Notes: generated by a model not told the origin, from the letters alone. A stretch of 53,261 bases of DNA from Candidatus Poribacteria bacterium (GCA_022822215.1 JAJECD010000218.1:1-53261); one strand, 5' to 3'; shown: positions 42,678-52,425, counted from the first letter of the stretch. Numbers and translations are program-made.

Positions 42678-45600
42678 ATGCCGAAGCTGAACCTGAAACT
42701 TACCCATAAAGCAATTCGAGACTACTACGCCACGCTCCAACAATACGAACAACACGACATCAGACACGAAGGTGCTGTCAGCTCACCCTTTGATACACTC
42801 TTACACACCTGCGCGAAACAGATAAACGCTACGCTCGTGCCGCAATATCAGATGCGCGCCCCAACAGGGAATCGGATCGTCATTGACGGCGTGGTACTCG
42901 ACGAATATGGACTCCCCTTCGCCTACTGGGAGGCGAAAGATATAGATGATAATCTCCTCAAGGCTGTCCAAAATAAACGCGATGCAGGCTATCCGCTTGA
43001 TAATATCCTCTTCCAAAACCCGCAGCGCGCTGTCCTGTATCAGAATGGACAGATAGCACTGGATCTGGACATCACTGAACCGGCGCGCCTGATTGCAGCT
43101 CTCCAATATCTGTTTTCTTATGTTCCACCCGCGCTCGACAATTGGCGGACGGCTGTCTCGGACTTCAGGGAGCATGTGCCGGATCTCGCAAACAAGCTAA
43201 AAGCACTCATTGAGCAACGGCACGAAACGGATCCAGCGTTCAAGAAAGCCTTCGCGGATTTTTACGAGACCTGCCGAACATCTATTAACCCGGACCTCTC
43301 ACAAGATGCTGTCGAAGAGATGCTCATCCAGCATATCCTCACCGAGCGTATCTTCCGCACTGTTTTTAACCGATCAGACTTCACGGGTTGGAATATCATC
43401 GCTATTGAGATTGAGAAAGTTAGTGCTGCGCTCATGCGGCATGCGATGAGTCGTGATGTGTTTCTTGAACCCTTGGATCGGTTCTATATCGCTATTGAAC
43501 AGGCGGCGACCCTCTGTCGGGACTTCTCCCAAAAACAGCACTTCCTCAACACGTTTTACGAGAAGTTTTTTCAGGGGTTCTCTGAAGATGTGGCGGATAC
43601 ACACGGTATCGTCTACACACCCCAACCCATCGTCGATTTCATGGTGAGAAGTGTGGAGCATATCCTTGAAACCGAGTTTGGTCGGTCGCTGTCGGACAGC
43701 GGTGTGCATATCATTGACCCGTTTGTAGGGACGGGGAACTTTATTGTTCGCCTCATGCAGGACATTCGAGGGACGGCGTTGGCGGAGAAATACTGCCATG
43801 AGTTGCACTGTAACGAGGTAATGCTCCTGCCCTACTATATTGCCAGTCTGAACATAGAACAAGAATTTTATCAACGGACGGGAGAGTATCTGCCGTTTGA
43901 GGGGATCGCGCTTGCGGATACGTTTGAGCTGCTGGAGCAGCAGCAAGGTGAACTCTTCACGCAGGAAAATACGGAACGGGTGAAGCGGCAGAAGGCGGCG
44001 GATATGTTTGTTGTTATTGGGAATCCGCCTTACAATGCATGGCAGGTCAACGATAGCGACAATAATCGGAATCGGAAATATCCGACAATGGACGCGCGGA
44101 TTGTGGGTACTTATGCTGCAGATTCCAAGGCAACCCTCAAAAATGCGCTCTACGACCCTTATGTAAAGGCGATTCGATGGGCATCTGACCGGATTGGTGA
44201 GGAAGGGGTTGTTGCTTTTATTACAAACAACGGGTTTCTTGACGGTTTGGCGTTTGACGGGATGCGGAAACACCTATCAGATGATTTCGACGCGATTTAT
44301 ATTTTGGATCTGGGTGGGAATGCACGGAAGGGATTGCAGGTCTCCAATGCGAATGTGTTCGGCATCCGAGTTGGTGTGAGCATCAACCTTTTTGTTAAGA
44401 ACAAACAGCACCCATCGGAAAAACCCAATATCTTTTATTATCGCACCGATGACTTGTGGAATAAAGAAAGGAAGTTTAATTTTCTCGACGAACACGAACA
44501 CATCGGAAATGTGGAATGGAACCCAGTTCAACCGAATAAGCAGCACATCTGGTTAACCGAAGGTCTCCATCCCGAATTTGATACGTTTATTCCGATGGGG
44601 ACTAAGGAAGCGAAGGCACAGAAAGGTGCTGCGGTAAATGTGATTTTCACAATCTATAGTGCAGGTGTTAAAACAGGGCGCGATGCTTGGGTTTACAACT
44701 TCAATGAAAATGCACTTAGCGAGAATATTCGGGGAATGATTCGGACTTACAACGCGGAGGTGGATAGGTGGCAGCGGCGGGAGAATCAGCGAGTAAGTGT
44801 TAATGATTTCGTGGTTTACGACGATAAAGAAATCAAATGGGATCGGGAATTACGTCGGCACTTGCAACGCGGTAGGTATGCTGAATGGACGGAAAACAAA
44901 GTGAGAAATTTACTCTACCGACCCTTCACAAAATCAAATCTATTTTTTGACCGGGTTCTGAACAATTGTGTCTATCTGTTTCCATCCTTTTTTTCAACAC
45001 CTGAGACGGAAACAGAAAATCGGGTGATAATCGTCAGTGAGCACGGCTTCCGCGCAAGTTTCAGTACCTTGATGACGAATCTGATTCCTGACGTTCACAC
45101 ACTCGCGTCGAGTGATAATTTTCAATGCTTTCCTTTCTACACCTACGATGAGGATGGCACAAACCGACAGGAGAACATCACGGATTGGGCATTAGCGAAG
45201 TTCCGAACCCACTATGGCGATGGGACTATCTCCAAGTGGGACATCTTCCACTATACATACGCACTCTTGCACCACCCCGTTTATCGTGAGAAATATGAGA
45301 AGAATCTCAAACGGGATTTGCCGCGTATTCCAACCCTTCTTGCATCCAACCCCCCTATATCCCCCCTTATCAGGGGGGCAGAGATTGCCAACGATTTCTG
45401 GGGATTTGCTAAAGCGGGTGCGGAATTGGCAGACTTGCACGTTAACTATGAGTCTGTCCCCAAATACGAAGGGGTGAGATATATTGAGACAGAGGGGATG
45501 TCGGTAGATTGGCGCGTTGAAAAGATGCGGTTGTCCAAAGACAAGACGCAGCTGAAATATAACGATTTTCTGACACTGGACGGTATCCCTGCAAAAGCGT

Positions 45601-45797
45601 TTGACTATCGGTTAGGCAACCGGTCGGCGTTGGAGTGGGTGGTGGATCAGTATCGGGTCAAGACAGACAAAAGGAGTGGGATTGTGAACGATCCGAATCG
45701 TGCGGATGAGCCGCGGTATATTGTGGATTTGATTGGGCGGGTTATCCATGTGAGTCTGAGGACGGTGGAGATTGTGGCGGACTTGCCTGCCTTGTAG
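42678..45797 (+). CDS. Single-polypeptide type IIG / ISP-like restriction-modification enzyme (PD-(D/E)xK-like N-terminus, gamma-class N6-adenine MTase, ISP-type C-terminal specificity domain)
   Basis: IDGVVLDEYGLPFAYWEAKD (D..ExK). IDPFVGTGNF (motif I). VIGNPPYNAW (motif IV). C-terminus ALEWVVDQYRVKTDKRSGIVNDPN...VSLRTVEIVADLP is typical of type ISP enzymes. No helicase domain. Confidence 0.6.
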   Translation: MPKLNLKLTHKAIRDYYATLQQYEQHDIRHEGAVSSPFDTLLHTCAKQINATLVPQYQMRAPTGNRIVIDGVVLDEYGLPFAYWEAKDIDDNLLKAVQNKRDAGYPLDNILFQNPQRAVLYQNGQIALDLDITEPARLIAALQYLFSYVPPALDNWRTAVSDFREHVPDLANKLKALIEQRHETDPAFKKAFADFYETCRTSINPDLSQDAVEEMLIQHILTERIFRTVFNRSDFTGWNIIAIEIEKVSAALMRHAMSRDVFLEPLDRFYIAIEQAATLCRDFSQKQHFLNTFYEKFFQGFSEDVADTHGIVYTPQPIVDFMVRSVEHILETEFGRSLSDSGVHIIDPFVGTGNFIVRLMQDIRGTALAEKYCHELHCNEVMLLPYYIASLNIEQEFYQRTGEYLPFEGIALADTFELLEQQQGELFTQENTERVKRQKAADMFVVIGNPPYNAWQVNDSDNNRNRKYPTMDARIVGTYAADSKATLKNALYDPYVKAIRWASDRIGEEGVVAFITNNGFLDGLAFDGMRKHLSDDFDAIYILDLGGNARKGLQVSNANVFGIRVGVSINLFVKNKQHPSEKPNIFYYRTDDLWNKERKFNFLDEHEHIGNVEWNPVQPNKQHIWLTEGLHPEFDTFIPMGTKEAKAQKGAAVNVIFTIYSAGVKTGRDAWVYNFNENALSENIRGMIRTYNAEVDRWQRRENQRVSVNDFVVYDDKEIKWDRELRRHLQRGRYAEWTENKVRNLLYRPFTKSNLFFDRVLNNCVYLFPSFFSTPETETENRVIIVSEHGFRASFSTLMTNLIPDVHTLASSDNFQCFPFYTYDEDGTNRQENITDWALAKFRTHYGDGTISKWDIFHYTYALLHHPVYREKYEKNLKRDLPRIPTLLASNPPISPLIRGAEIANDFWGFAKAGAELADLHVNYESVPKYEGVRYIETEGMSVDWRVEKMRLSKDKTQLKYNDFLTLDGIPAKAFDYRLGNRSALEWVVDQYRVKTDKRSGIVNDPNRADEPRYIVDLIGRVIHVSLRTVEIVADLPAL
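45349..45379. repeat. CCCCC-TTATCA-GGGGG palindromic mini-element embedded in frame in the R-M gene
   Basis: aacccccctatatccccccttatcaggggggc encodes ..NPPISPLIRGA.. between the conserved PRIP and DFWGFAKAG. Confidence 0.7.
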
Positions 45798-45819
45798 CTG
45801 TAGGACCAATGTGACGGCA

Positions 45820-45877
45820 CGCGGCGTATGCCTACTACTGTGACGGCACACGGCGTGTGCCTACTACTATGCAAATG
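45820..45877. repeat. Two tandem 29-nt hairpin repeats between convergent genes (REP/terminator-like)
   Basis: gtgacGGCACGCggcGTATGCCtactact / gtgacGGCACACggcGTGTGCCtactact. Confidence 0.85.
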
Positions 45878-47806
45878 CTAAGGCGACCAGAGGACGTACG
45901 TTGGCATATCGAACAGTGTGCCAATCAATGCCCAACCGCCTACGAATACATAATCCCCCATGACCAAGCCTAAAAAGAATGGGATTGCGCGTTGGTGGGC
46001 GCGTAAGCCGAAGATGGAGACGATGATGAACTTTATCATCCAACCGAGATAGACGGAGAACCAGAAATCTGCGAGTCCGCCCCACGTTGCGGCGGTCATT
46101 ACATATCCGATCGGATGGAAGGGCCACCACATAAATTTATGACGCAGGAAGTAGAGAATCCACGTCATCCCTGCACCGATGCCCATAGATTGTGAGCCAT
46201 CCCAATTCGGACCCGTCGGGTTGTTAAGCCACCGTTCTAAGCGTCTGCCAAAGACTTCCTCGCCGATACCGACGATGTAGCCGTGTACGGCGAACGCACC
46301 TGTCTCGTATAGGAGGTAGAGAAACGCCCAAAACGATGCGAGTGTACCGACAATGATTGAGAACATCATCACCCAGACGAGTTTTCGACTGTTTATGCCT
46401 GCACGTTCGGCGAGTTTAAATCCCTCTAATTGGTTCGGCATGGGATGTGAAACATTGAGTCGGTTGAGCCAGTAATAGAAGGAGATAATCGTGAGGTTGC
46501 TGGTTCCGACGAATCGCGCGCCAAAGGTGACGACCATGAGTCGTGCTGGATCGAGGGCAAGGATTTCATGTGAGGGTGGACCGAATTCGGCACGGACGCG
46601 TGTTACACCGATTGCCATTACGGTGAAAATGACAATAAAACCGAACACACCTCCTAAAGACATACCTGCCTTCACTGAGAAGAGTGTAAGCCCGACGCTC
46701 CCTAAGATTAACCCGATGACAGCGACGCGGTAGGGCATCGGTTCGTTTGAATCGTCAAACGCTTTTTGGTTCATAAAACAATTCTTGATGACATCAAGAA
46801 GGTGTCGCCGGGTCCCCCATAACGCCAGAATACCGACGGCGAGCCATGCACCGCCTGCGCGTTCCGCAAAATAGAGTTCACCTTCACCCATCATTCCTGT
46901 GCGAATAATCCGTTCCGCTTTGCCAAACAGATAGAAGAACCACGCCGACATTGAGATGTCCAACGGCACGAAGAATGTCAATCCTATAATAAAGGGGAAG
47001 ATGGATAACGGGAGCCACCCAACAGCGTTCCACGGTTTGTCTGTGAATAGGTGTTGGATAGAGTAAGAACTGAGTTGGATGGCGGGCACTTGCGGGAATA
47101 GGTAGCTCAGTCCTACGAGGATTTCAATACCCGCTGCGACCGAGAAGCCTATCCACATTGTGCTGTTTCTGAAAAAGCTTTTCCGTCCTTGTGCCATCTG
47201 GAGCGGTAATTGGATGATCGGATACGCTAACTTTTCACGTTCCGTCCACTGCACACGGATGATGCTATTGAGACATATCAGTGTGAACCAGATTAGCGTA
47301 ACAAACCCTGTCCATACCAGAATTGGCACCATCCAGCCGCGTAGATGCTTCGGGAGGTAGAAGCTCAAGCCTCCTTTAAAGTAGGCATCCAATGCGGTGT
47401 CCTCAGGGACGAACCACGTCGGGATGTAACGCCAGAAGAGATGCGCCCATTCGTTTTCGATCGTGGCGAACCGGAAGGGATGGGCGAGGGTGCCAATCAG
47501 GAAGGTCATCATCGAGTGGCCGCCGATGGTGGAGACCATAACGACCATGATGTAGATAACGAGGAGTTCCTGTGTGGTCAGTGCTGTGCGGGGTGAGAGT
47601 TTTTTCCAAGCGAGGTTGAAACCGATGACGACGAAAAGGGTGAAAACTGCGTTGAAGAAGAGTGAGACGAAGTTGAGCAGGAATTGCGGCTGAATCATCT
47701 CAGCGGCGTAGGCAAGCCAGTAGGCGTTCCCAATAATCAGGACTGTTCCGATAAAAAGGGCGCGGAGGGTAATTCCGGATGTAAAGGATCCGTTAGCGTT
47801 TGGCAT
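45878..47806 (-). CDS. Large polytopic membrane protein of unknown function (14 or more TM helices)
   Basis: 642 aa, hydrophobic throughout. No catalytic motif recognised. Confidence 0.6.
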   Translation of the reverse strand: MPNANGSFTSGITLRALFIGTVLIIGNAYWLAYAAEMIQPQFLLNFVSLFFNAVFTLFVVIGFNLAWKKLSPRTALTTQELLVIYIMVVMVSTIGGHSMMTFLIGTLAHPFRFATIENEWAHLFWRYIPTWFVPEDTALDAYFKGGLSFYLPKHLRGWMVPILVWTGFVTLIWFTLICLNSIIRVQWTEREKLAYPIIQLPLQMAQGRKSFFRNSTMWIGFSVAAGIEILVGLSYLFPQVPAIQLSSYSIQHLFTDKPWNAVGWLPLSIFPFIIGLTFFVPLDISMSAWFFYLFGKAERIIRTGMMGEGELYFAERAGGAWLAVGILALWGTRRHLLDVIKNCFMNQKAFDDSNEPMPYRVAVIGLILGSVGLTLFSVKAGMSLGGVFGFIVIFTVMAIGVTRVRAEFGPPSHEILALDPARLMVVTFGARFVGTSNLTIISFYYWLNRLNVSHPMPNQLEGFKLAERAGINSRKLVWVMMFSIIVGTLASFWAFLYLLYETGAFAVHGYIVGIGEEVFGRRLERWLNNPTGPNWDGSQSMGIGAGMTWILYFLRHKFMWWPFHPIGYVMTAATWGGLADFWFSVYLGWMIKFIIVSIFGLRAHQRAIPFFLGLVMGDYVFVGGWALIGTLFDMPTYVLWSP

Positions 47807-47821
47807 GCTTGGATGGCTTTT

Positions 47822-48610
47822 CTATTCTTTCAAGGCACCCCACGTAAGTGCGAGTTTGCCTGATGGTTCGACATCTAATATTTCGTCGTCAAAGATGAGG
47901 TCGCCGTAGGCGAGTCCGTCCCATGCGCCGCCGGGCATCCATCCGATCTGATGTTGGCGACCACCGCCTTCGCAATCGTTGGCGTGGAAACTGAGTCCGA
48001 TGAGTAATCCGTCTTCTGCTTTGAACTTGTCCCCTTCCCCAGGATTCGCGAACTGCGGGTTGCCGCGCGGTTTTGTTGGGTCGATAGCGACTTCGTAGAT
48101 ATAGTCGTTGCCGTTTTTAATCAGGACCCATTCCGTATTTTCCTTGGATGCAGCGGCGGATAAGTCTTTGCCGTTTGCCCCCAGTGTCCACTGGACGAGG
48201 GTATCCCGGACCATACCGTTGGCGAAATCGAACATGAATTCAACGCTGTCATCTTCCCACCATCTGGCCTCAGGTGGGTTCGCATCTTGGAGTTTGTCGT
48301 CTGTAATTTCGACAGCGAAGTAGATGCGGGTCGGCTCTTTGGCAGTCCATGCGACTCTGCCTTGTCCGGTAAAGTCGCTGGCTTTTGGGACTCCGTCCCC
48401 AACATCTTTCAGTTCATCAAAGGCGACGATTTCGGCGCGTTTCCATTCGCTGAGATCGCCGTCTATTTTGAGGTTCGTAATCTGCTTTGCGATGTATTCT
48501 TTATCGCGTTTTGCGTTGACCGATCCGTTTATGACACAGCATAGAAACGCGATAACTGCAATAACTGCGGTAGCGTTATTGGTAGGTTTTAGAGAATATC
48601 TAATTTTCAT
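47822..48610 (-). CDS. Secreted CBM9/DOMON-like carbohydrate-binding protein with C-terminal GKLALTWGALKE tag
   Basis: Signal peptide. IDGDLSEWKRAE...RIYFAVEITDDKL...DDSVEFMFDF is typical of CBM9-like modules. Confidence 0.55.
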   Translation of the reverse strand: MKIRYSLKPTNNATAVIAVIAFLCCVINGSVNAKRDKEYIAKQITNLKIDGDLSEWKRAEIVAFDELKDVGDGVPKASDFTGQGRVAWTAKEPTRIYFAVEITDDKLQDANPPEARWWEDDSVEFMFDFANGMVRDTLVQWTLGANGKDLSAAASKENTEWVLIKNGNDYIYEVAIDPTKPRGNPQFANPGEGDKFKAEDGLLIGLSFHANDCEGGGRQHQIGWMPGGAWDGLAYGDLIFDDEILDVEPSGKLALTWGALKE

Positions 48611-48646
48611 TCGAGAACTCCCTTGTTTTTCAATTTTTGAAATAGT

Positions 48647-49780
48647 TTAGGGTGAGGGGATGTCAGTTCGGTGGTGAATCTGTTTGATGATACCGTGCTG
48701 TTCAAGCCGCCTTTGGACGAGTTCAAAGGATTTCGGGCTTAAGTCTATGCCGATCCATTGACGTTGTAGGCGTTCGGCAGCAACACATGTCGTAGCGCAT
48801 CCGCAGAAAGGGTCGAGTACCATATCATTTGGATTGCTACTCGCCCGAATAATTCGCTCTAAAAGCGCGAGCGGTTTCTGCGTTGGATATCCGATCCGTT
48901 CTTTATTTTTAGCTGTCAAATTGGGAATATCTGTCCAAATGTTATTGAGGGTTCTGCCTTTCTGTTCGTCGAGATACCGTTTATACCGTGGAACGTTTCC
49001 GGGACGTATTTGCACGATGCGCCCTGCTTTGATTTCTTTATGCATCCGCGCTTCTGCCCATCGCCATGTTCTGGTGACGCCCATAATCTCGTAAGTCAGA
49101 TGGGAATCGGGGTCTTGGGTCTGAGCGGTTAGGGAGGTATACGAGACGAGGCGGCCGGTATCGGGTTCGACGTAAGCATATTGTTTCTTGGTTTTTTCAT
49201 CCAAATTTGCCATGTCGTAGGGAATCGTAACAGCCTTGGGGTTCCAGACGAACGTGTTGGTTTTTGAATACCGGAAGATCACGTCCGAATCGCGCGCGAG
49301 CCCCTTTTTGAGGTTCCCTTTACTGGTGACTGCCCGTTGCCAGATAATCTCGTTTCTAAAGTTATCTTTCCCAAAAATACTGTCCATTACCATTTTGAGG
49401 TAGTGGCTGGCGTTATCGTCACAGTGGAGATAGAGCGTGCCTGTCGGTTTCAAGATTCGGTGCATCTCAAGCATTCGGATGCTCATCATGATGAGATAGG
49501 CTTTCATAGCCTTGCCGTGACTGAACTCAGCAGCACTGATGGTGTGATAGAGTTGGGGTTGCTTTTCTGCGAGTTCCCCGTGGGATGCGTTATCTAAATC
49601 GTCGAGTGTCCAAGAGTCTTTGAAACCTGTGCCTGCGGCTTCGCTGCTGACCGGTGCCTCAAAGGTCCGATTGGAGTTGAAAGGCGGGTCGAGATAGATG
49701 AGGTCTATGGTGTCTGTGTCAAGATCGCGTAAGACCTGGAGATTATCGTTTTCAAAGATGGTTCGGTTCTCGACATTCAT
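48647..49780 (-). CDS. Beta-class (N6-A/N4-C) DNA methyltransferase, with no adjacent endonuclease
   Basis: Motif IV DLIYLDPPFNSN precedes motif I VLDPFCGCATTCVAAERL. Start taken at MNVENRTIFENDN (49780); the ORF track extends to 49879. Confidence 0.8.
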   Translation of the reverse strand: MNVENRTIFENDNLQVLRDLDTDTIDLIYLDPPFNSNRTFEAPVSSEAAGTGFKDSWTLDDLDNASHGELAEKQPQLYHTISAAEFSHGKAMKAYLIMMSIRMLEMHRILKPTGTLYLHCDDNASHYLKMVMDSIFGKDNFRNEIIWQRAVTSKGNLKKGLARDSDVIFRYSKTNTFVWNPKAVTIPYDMANLDEKTKKQYAYVEPDTGRLVSYTSLTAQTQDPDSHLTYEIMGVTRTWRWAEARMHKEIKAGRIVQIRPGNVPRYKRYLDEQKGRTLNNIWTDIPNLTAKNKERIGYPTQKPLALLERIIRASSNPNDMVLDPFCGCATTCVAAERLQRQWIGIDLSPKSFELVQRRLEQHGIIKQIHHRTDIPSP

Positions 49781-49880
49781 TTTGTTTCCCAAACCTTGCT
49801 GGAAATAGGTGCGGTTAGAATGCACGTCGCATTTAGGCGAGTACGCCGCAAAACCGCACCTACCTATTTTAGAGAACACC

Positions 49881-50672
49881 TTATTGACGTGCTTTGATGT
49901 TGCCCCATGTTACGGCGAGCTTTCCGTTGGGTTCGACTGCGAGACCTGTATCGGACTTGAAGTTCTGGTTGACTTCGGCTTCGTCAAGCACTCGGTCGTA
50001 GACGCTGAATTCGTCGATGATACCGGTGAACATGCCGAATTCGCCGTCGGCTCTACCGTCTAAGCCGATAAACAGAAAGAGGGTTGCCCAGTCGTCTTCG
50101 GGGAATTGGGCGAGGTTGAGTATACCTTCGGAGGTCTCTTTGCCGTCAACGAAGTATTGGACACTGCTATCCTCCGGTGCCCCTGCAACAGCGATATGGT
50201 GCCATGCGTTGTCGGCGATATTTTCGGTGTCTTCAACATTGCCGACCCAACCGGTATCCATATTAAGTACCCCGTTGCGAACCCATAGCGTTTTGGGACC
50301 CTTGTCATCGGTGCCGGGTCCGCCGGTTTTGGCGAAGATGACACCGGGACCGGAACTATCGGTTTTTATCCATGCTGACCATGTGAAGTCGGCATTGAAG
50401 TCAAAATCTTCTGGGGCATCGATTTCGACGAAGTTATCTTCAAGTCCGTCGAATTCCAAGGCATCACCGATTTTGCCTGCGACTTTTTTCAGATTACCGT
50501 TGATGGTGCCGTTGTAATTGCCGGTGCCGTCCTTGACGGTCTTTCCGGCGATGTTGTTTGCGTCGAAACTCCAGTAGCTGACCAGCCCATCTTCAACGAT
50601 TTGGGCGATAGCGTTGTTTGCGATTAGCGTGATAGCAATAATGAGTATCACCAAATTAGCCTTTTGTGTCAC
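49881..50672 (-). CDS. Secreted LamG (concanavalin-A-like lectin) domain protein with C-terminal GKLAVTWGNIKARQ tag
   Basis: GTG at 50672 after AAAGGAG. Signal peptide ..LIANNAIAQ. LVSYWSFD...GNYNGTINGN...GDALEFDG is a Laminin_G_3 signature. Confidence 0.7.
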   Translation of the reverse strand: MTQKANLVILIIAITLIANNAIAQIVEDGLVSYWSFDANNIAGKTVKDGTGNYNGTINGNLKKVAGKIGDALEFDGLEDNFVEIDAPEDFDFNADFTWSAWIKTDSSGPGVIFAKTGGPGTDDKGPKTLWVRNGVLNMDTGWVGNVEDTENIADNAWHHIAVAGAPEDSSVQYFVDGKETSEGILNLAQFPEDDWATLFLFIGLDGRADGEFGMFTGIIDEFSVYDRVLDEAEVNQNFKSDTGLAVEPNGKLAVTWGNIKARQ

Positions 50673-50808
50673 GGTCTTTTTCTCCTTTAAGGTAAAGATA
50701 ATATGCAGACGTTCGTTTGTGCGTTGTAACTTAACCGTGGGTGTGCTAAAGCAGCGCACCCACACCGTTGTTCATGTCAAACGGATCCGGTGTGTGAGGC
50801 GGTTGGTT

Positions 50809-51588
50809 TTAGTAGTTTGCCTTGATCGCGCCCCAGACAGTTGGTAGTTTACCCGTTGCTTGAACGGCGAGGATCTCATCGGGTGTGCACTCGTCAGCGG
50901 TTTCACAGATTGCCCAATTGTCAAAGGAGACGATGGTTAGCGCAGGTGCGCCTCTGCTTGAACCGCCGTTAAGTCCGACTTGGCCGCTCTCTGGTCTGAC
51001 ATTCCCGAAGTCGAGTTTGCTTTCGAGAAGCCAATCTTTAGGTTCGTCTTTACCATCTTCCCAGATTTTACCGGTAAACCCCTTGTCAGATATTTCGGCT
51101 TTCATCCAATACCATTTACCGAGTTTTATCTCACCAAATGGAGGTTCGGTATCATTCTGTTTCCATGCGAGATGGTCATTGAGGAATTCCATATTATTGA
51201 GGAAATGATGAATCAGAAACGCGTAACCTGAAGCGTCCCCCGGATCGAGGCGGAATCCGAGACCACATCGGGCGAGGTCGCCGTCTCCCCAGTCATCAAC
51301 GCGGATCATGACCAAACCGGTATGCGGTTCTGGGAAACCGCCGTCTAAGACGAGATAGGTGTGATCGCCTGGGGATTCATGGGTCTGGCTAATAACGCCG
51401 CCTTTTTCTACCCAGTCACCTTCATGGTTTTTGAATTCATACTTCCCATCAATTTTTCCATCTTCAAAATCGTCGAGGTATAGCACCTCAGCGGGGCTGC
51501 TGACACCATAGACAAAAATGATGGCGGAGAGTAGCATGAAGAGGAGATTTTTTTGAAGTGCTCCACTTTTAGCAGTTATCATTTTCAC
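50809..51588 (-). CDS. Secreted DUF1080/LamG-like jelly-roll protein with C-terminal GKLPTVWGAIKANY tag
   Basis: Signal peptide. LYLDDFEDGK.. N-terminus parallels the 52464..53174 paralog. Confidence 0.55.
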   Translation of the reverse strand: MKMITAKSGALQKNLLFMLLSAIIFVYGVSSPAEVLYLDDFEDGKIDGKYEFKNHEGDWVEKGGVISQTHESPGDHTYLVLDGGFPEPHTGLVMIRVDDWGDGDLARCGLGFRLDPGDASGYAFLIHHFLNNMEFLNDHLAWKQNDTEPPFGEIKLGKWYWMKAEISDKGFTGKIWEDGKDEPKDWLLESKLDFGNVRPESGQVGLNGGSSRGAPALTIVSFDNWAICETADECTPDEILAVQATGKLPTVWGAIKANY

Positions 51589-51636
51589 AGGTCTCCTTTG
51601 GGTATCGGTTGGTTAATGTTAGGTGTGAAAGTCTGC

Positions 51637-52425
51637 CTATGGTGTTGCGCGGCGTTTGCCGCCGTCCATATAGAGCGCGCTTCCAAACATATAAGAACAG
51701 GCTTCGGAGGCTAAGAAAGTCACGACGTTCGCGATCTCCTCTGGCTCTGCGATACGCCCCGCGGGAAGTTCTTGTCCGAGTGCCTGCAACAGTTCTTCAA
51801 CATCGCGGCCTTCGCGCTCGGCTCTGGTGCGTTGCTGCGTCCGTGCGCGACCGGTGTTCGTCAATCCGGGACAGACGGTGTTTACCAAGATTCCATCGCC
51901 CGCGACGGCGTCAGAGAGTGCTCGTGTTATGTTTAGAATCGTGATATTCGCTGCACCTGTGGGTATGTTCCCACGTGCCGGGCTTGTACCTGCTGAACCT
52001 GCGATGTTGATAATGCGTCCCCATCGATTTTCCCGCATATATGGGATAACCAATTGGGACATCCGGAGGTAACTATAGGTTTTCAATGCGAGTGCTTCGT
52101 CGATGCGTTCCGGGGACAGTGCCAAAATATCGGCGTTCCGAGCTGCACCGACGTTGTTGACGAGGATATCAACACCGCCGAAGTGATTGATCGTCTCTTG
52201 CACAACTTGTTCACAACTTGCTTGTGTAGTGAGATCGACGGCAACGGCGTGCCCTTCACACCCGGTCGCGTTAAGTTCTGTAAGGACTTGATCGAGTACG
52301 TCTTTTGTCCGTGCAGCAATACAGACGTGAACACCCTCACGTGCAAGTGCGAGTGCACACTGCTGACCGATGCCGCGACTACCGCCTGTAACAATGGCGC
52401 GTTTTCCGCGCAGTCCTAAATCCAT
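51637..52425 (-). CDS. SDR oxidoreductase
   Basis: KRAIVTGGSRGIGQQCA and NNVGA. Start taken at MDLGLRGK (52425); the ORF track extends to 52491. Confidence 0.8.
   Translation of the reverse strand: MDLGLRGKRAIVTGGSRGIGQQCALALAREGVHVCIAARTKDVLDQVLTELNATGCEGHAVAVDLTTQASCEQVVQETINHFGGVDILVNNVGAARNADILALSPERIDEALALKTYSYLRMSQLVIPYMRENRWGRIINIAGSAGTSPARGNIPTGAANITILNITRALSDAVAGDGILVNTVCPGLTNTGRARTQQRTRAEREGRDVEELLQALGQELPAGRIAEPEEIANVVTFLASEACSYMFGSALYMDGGKRRATP

Noticed and set aside
45820-45877. Possible CRISPR array, considered for this site and for the other tandem repeats at 17489..17580 and 26463..26490.
   Set aside because: There are only two or three directly abutting units with no unique spacers, the unit sizes and geometry are wrong, and no cas genes are present.
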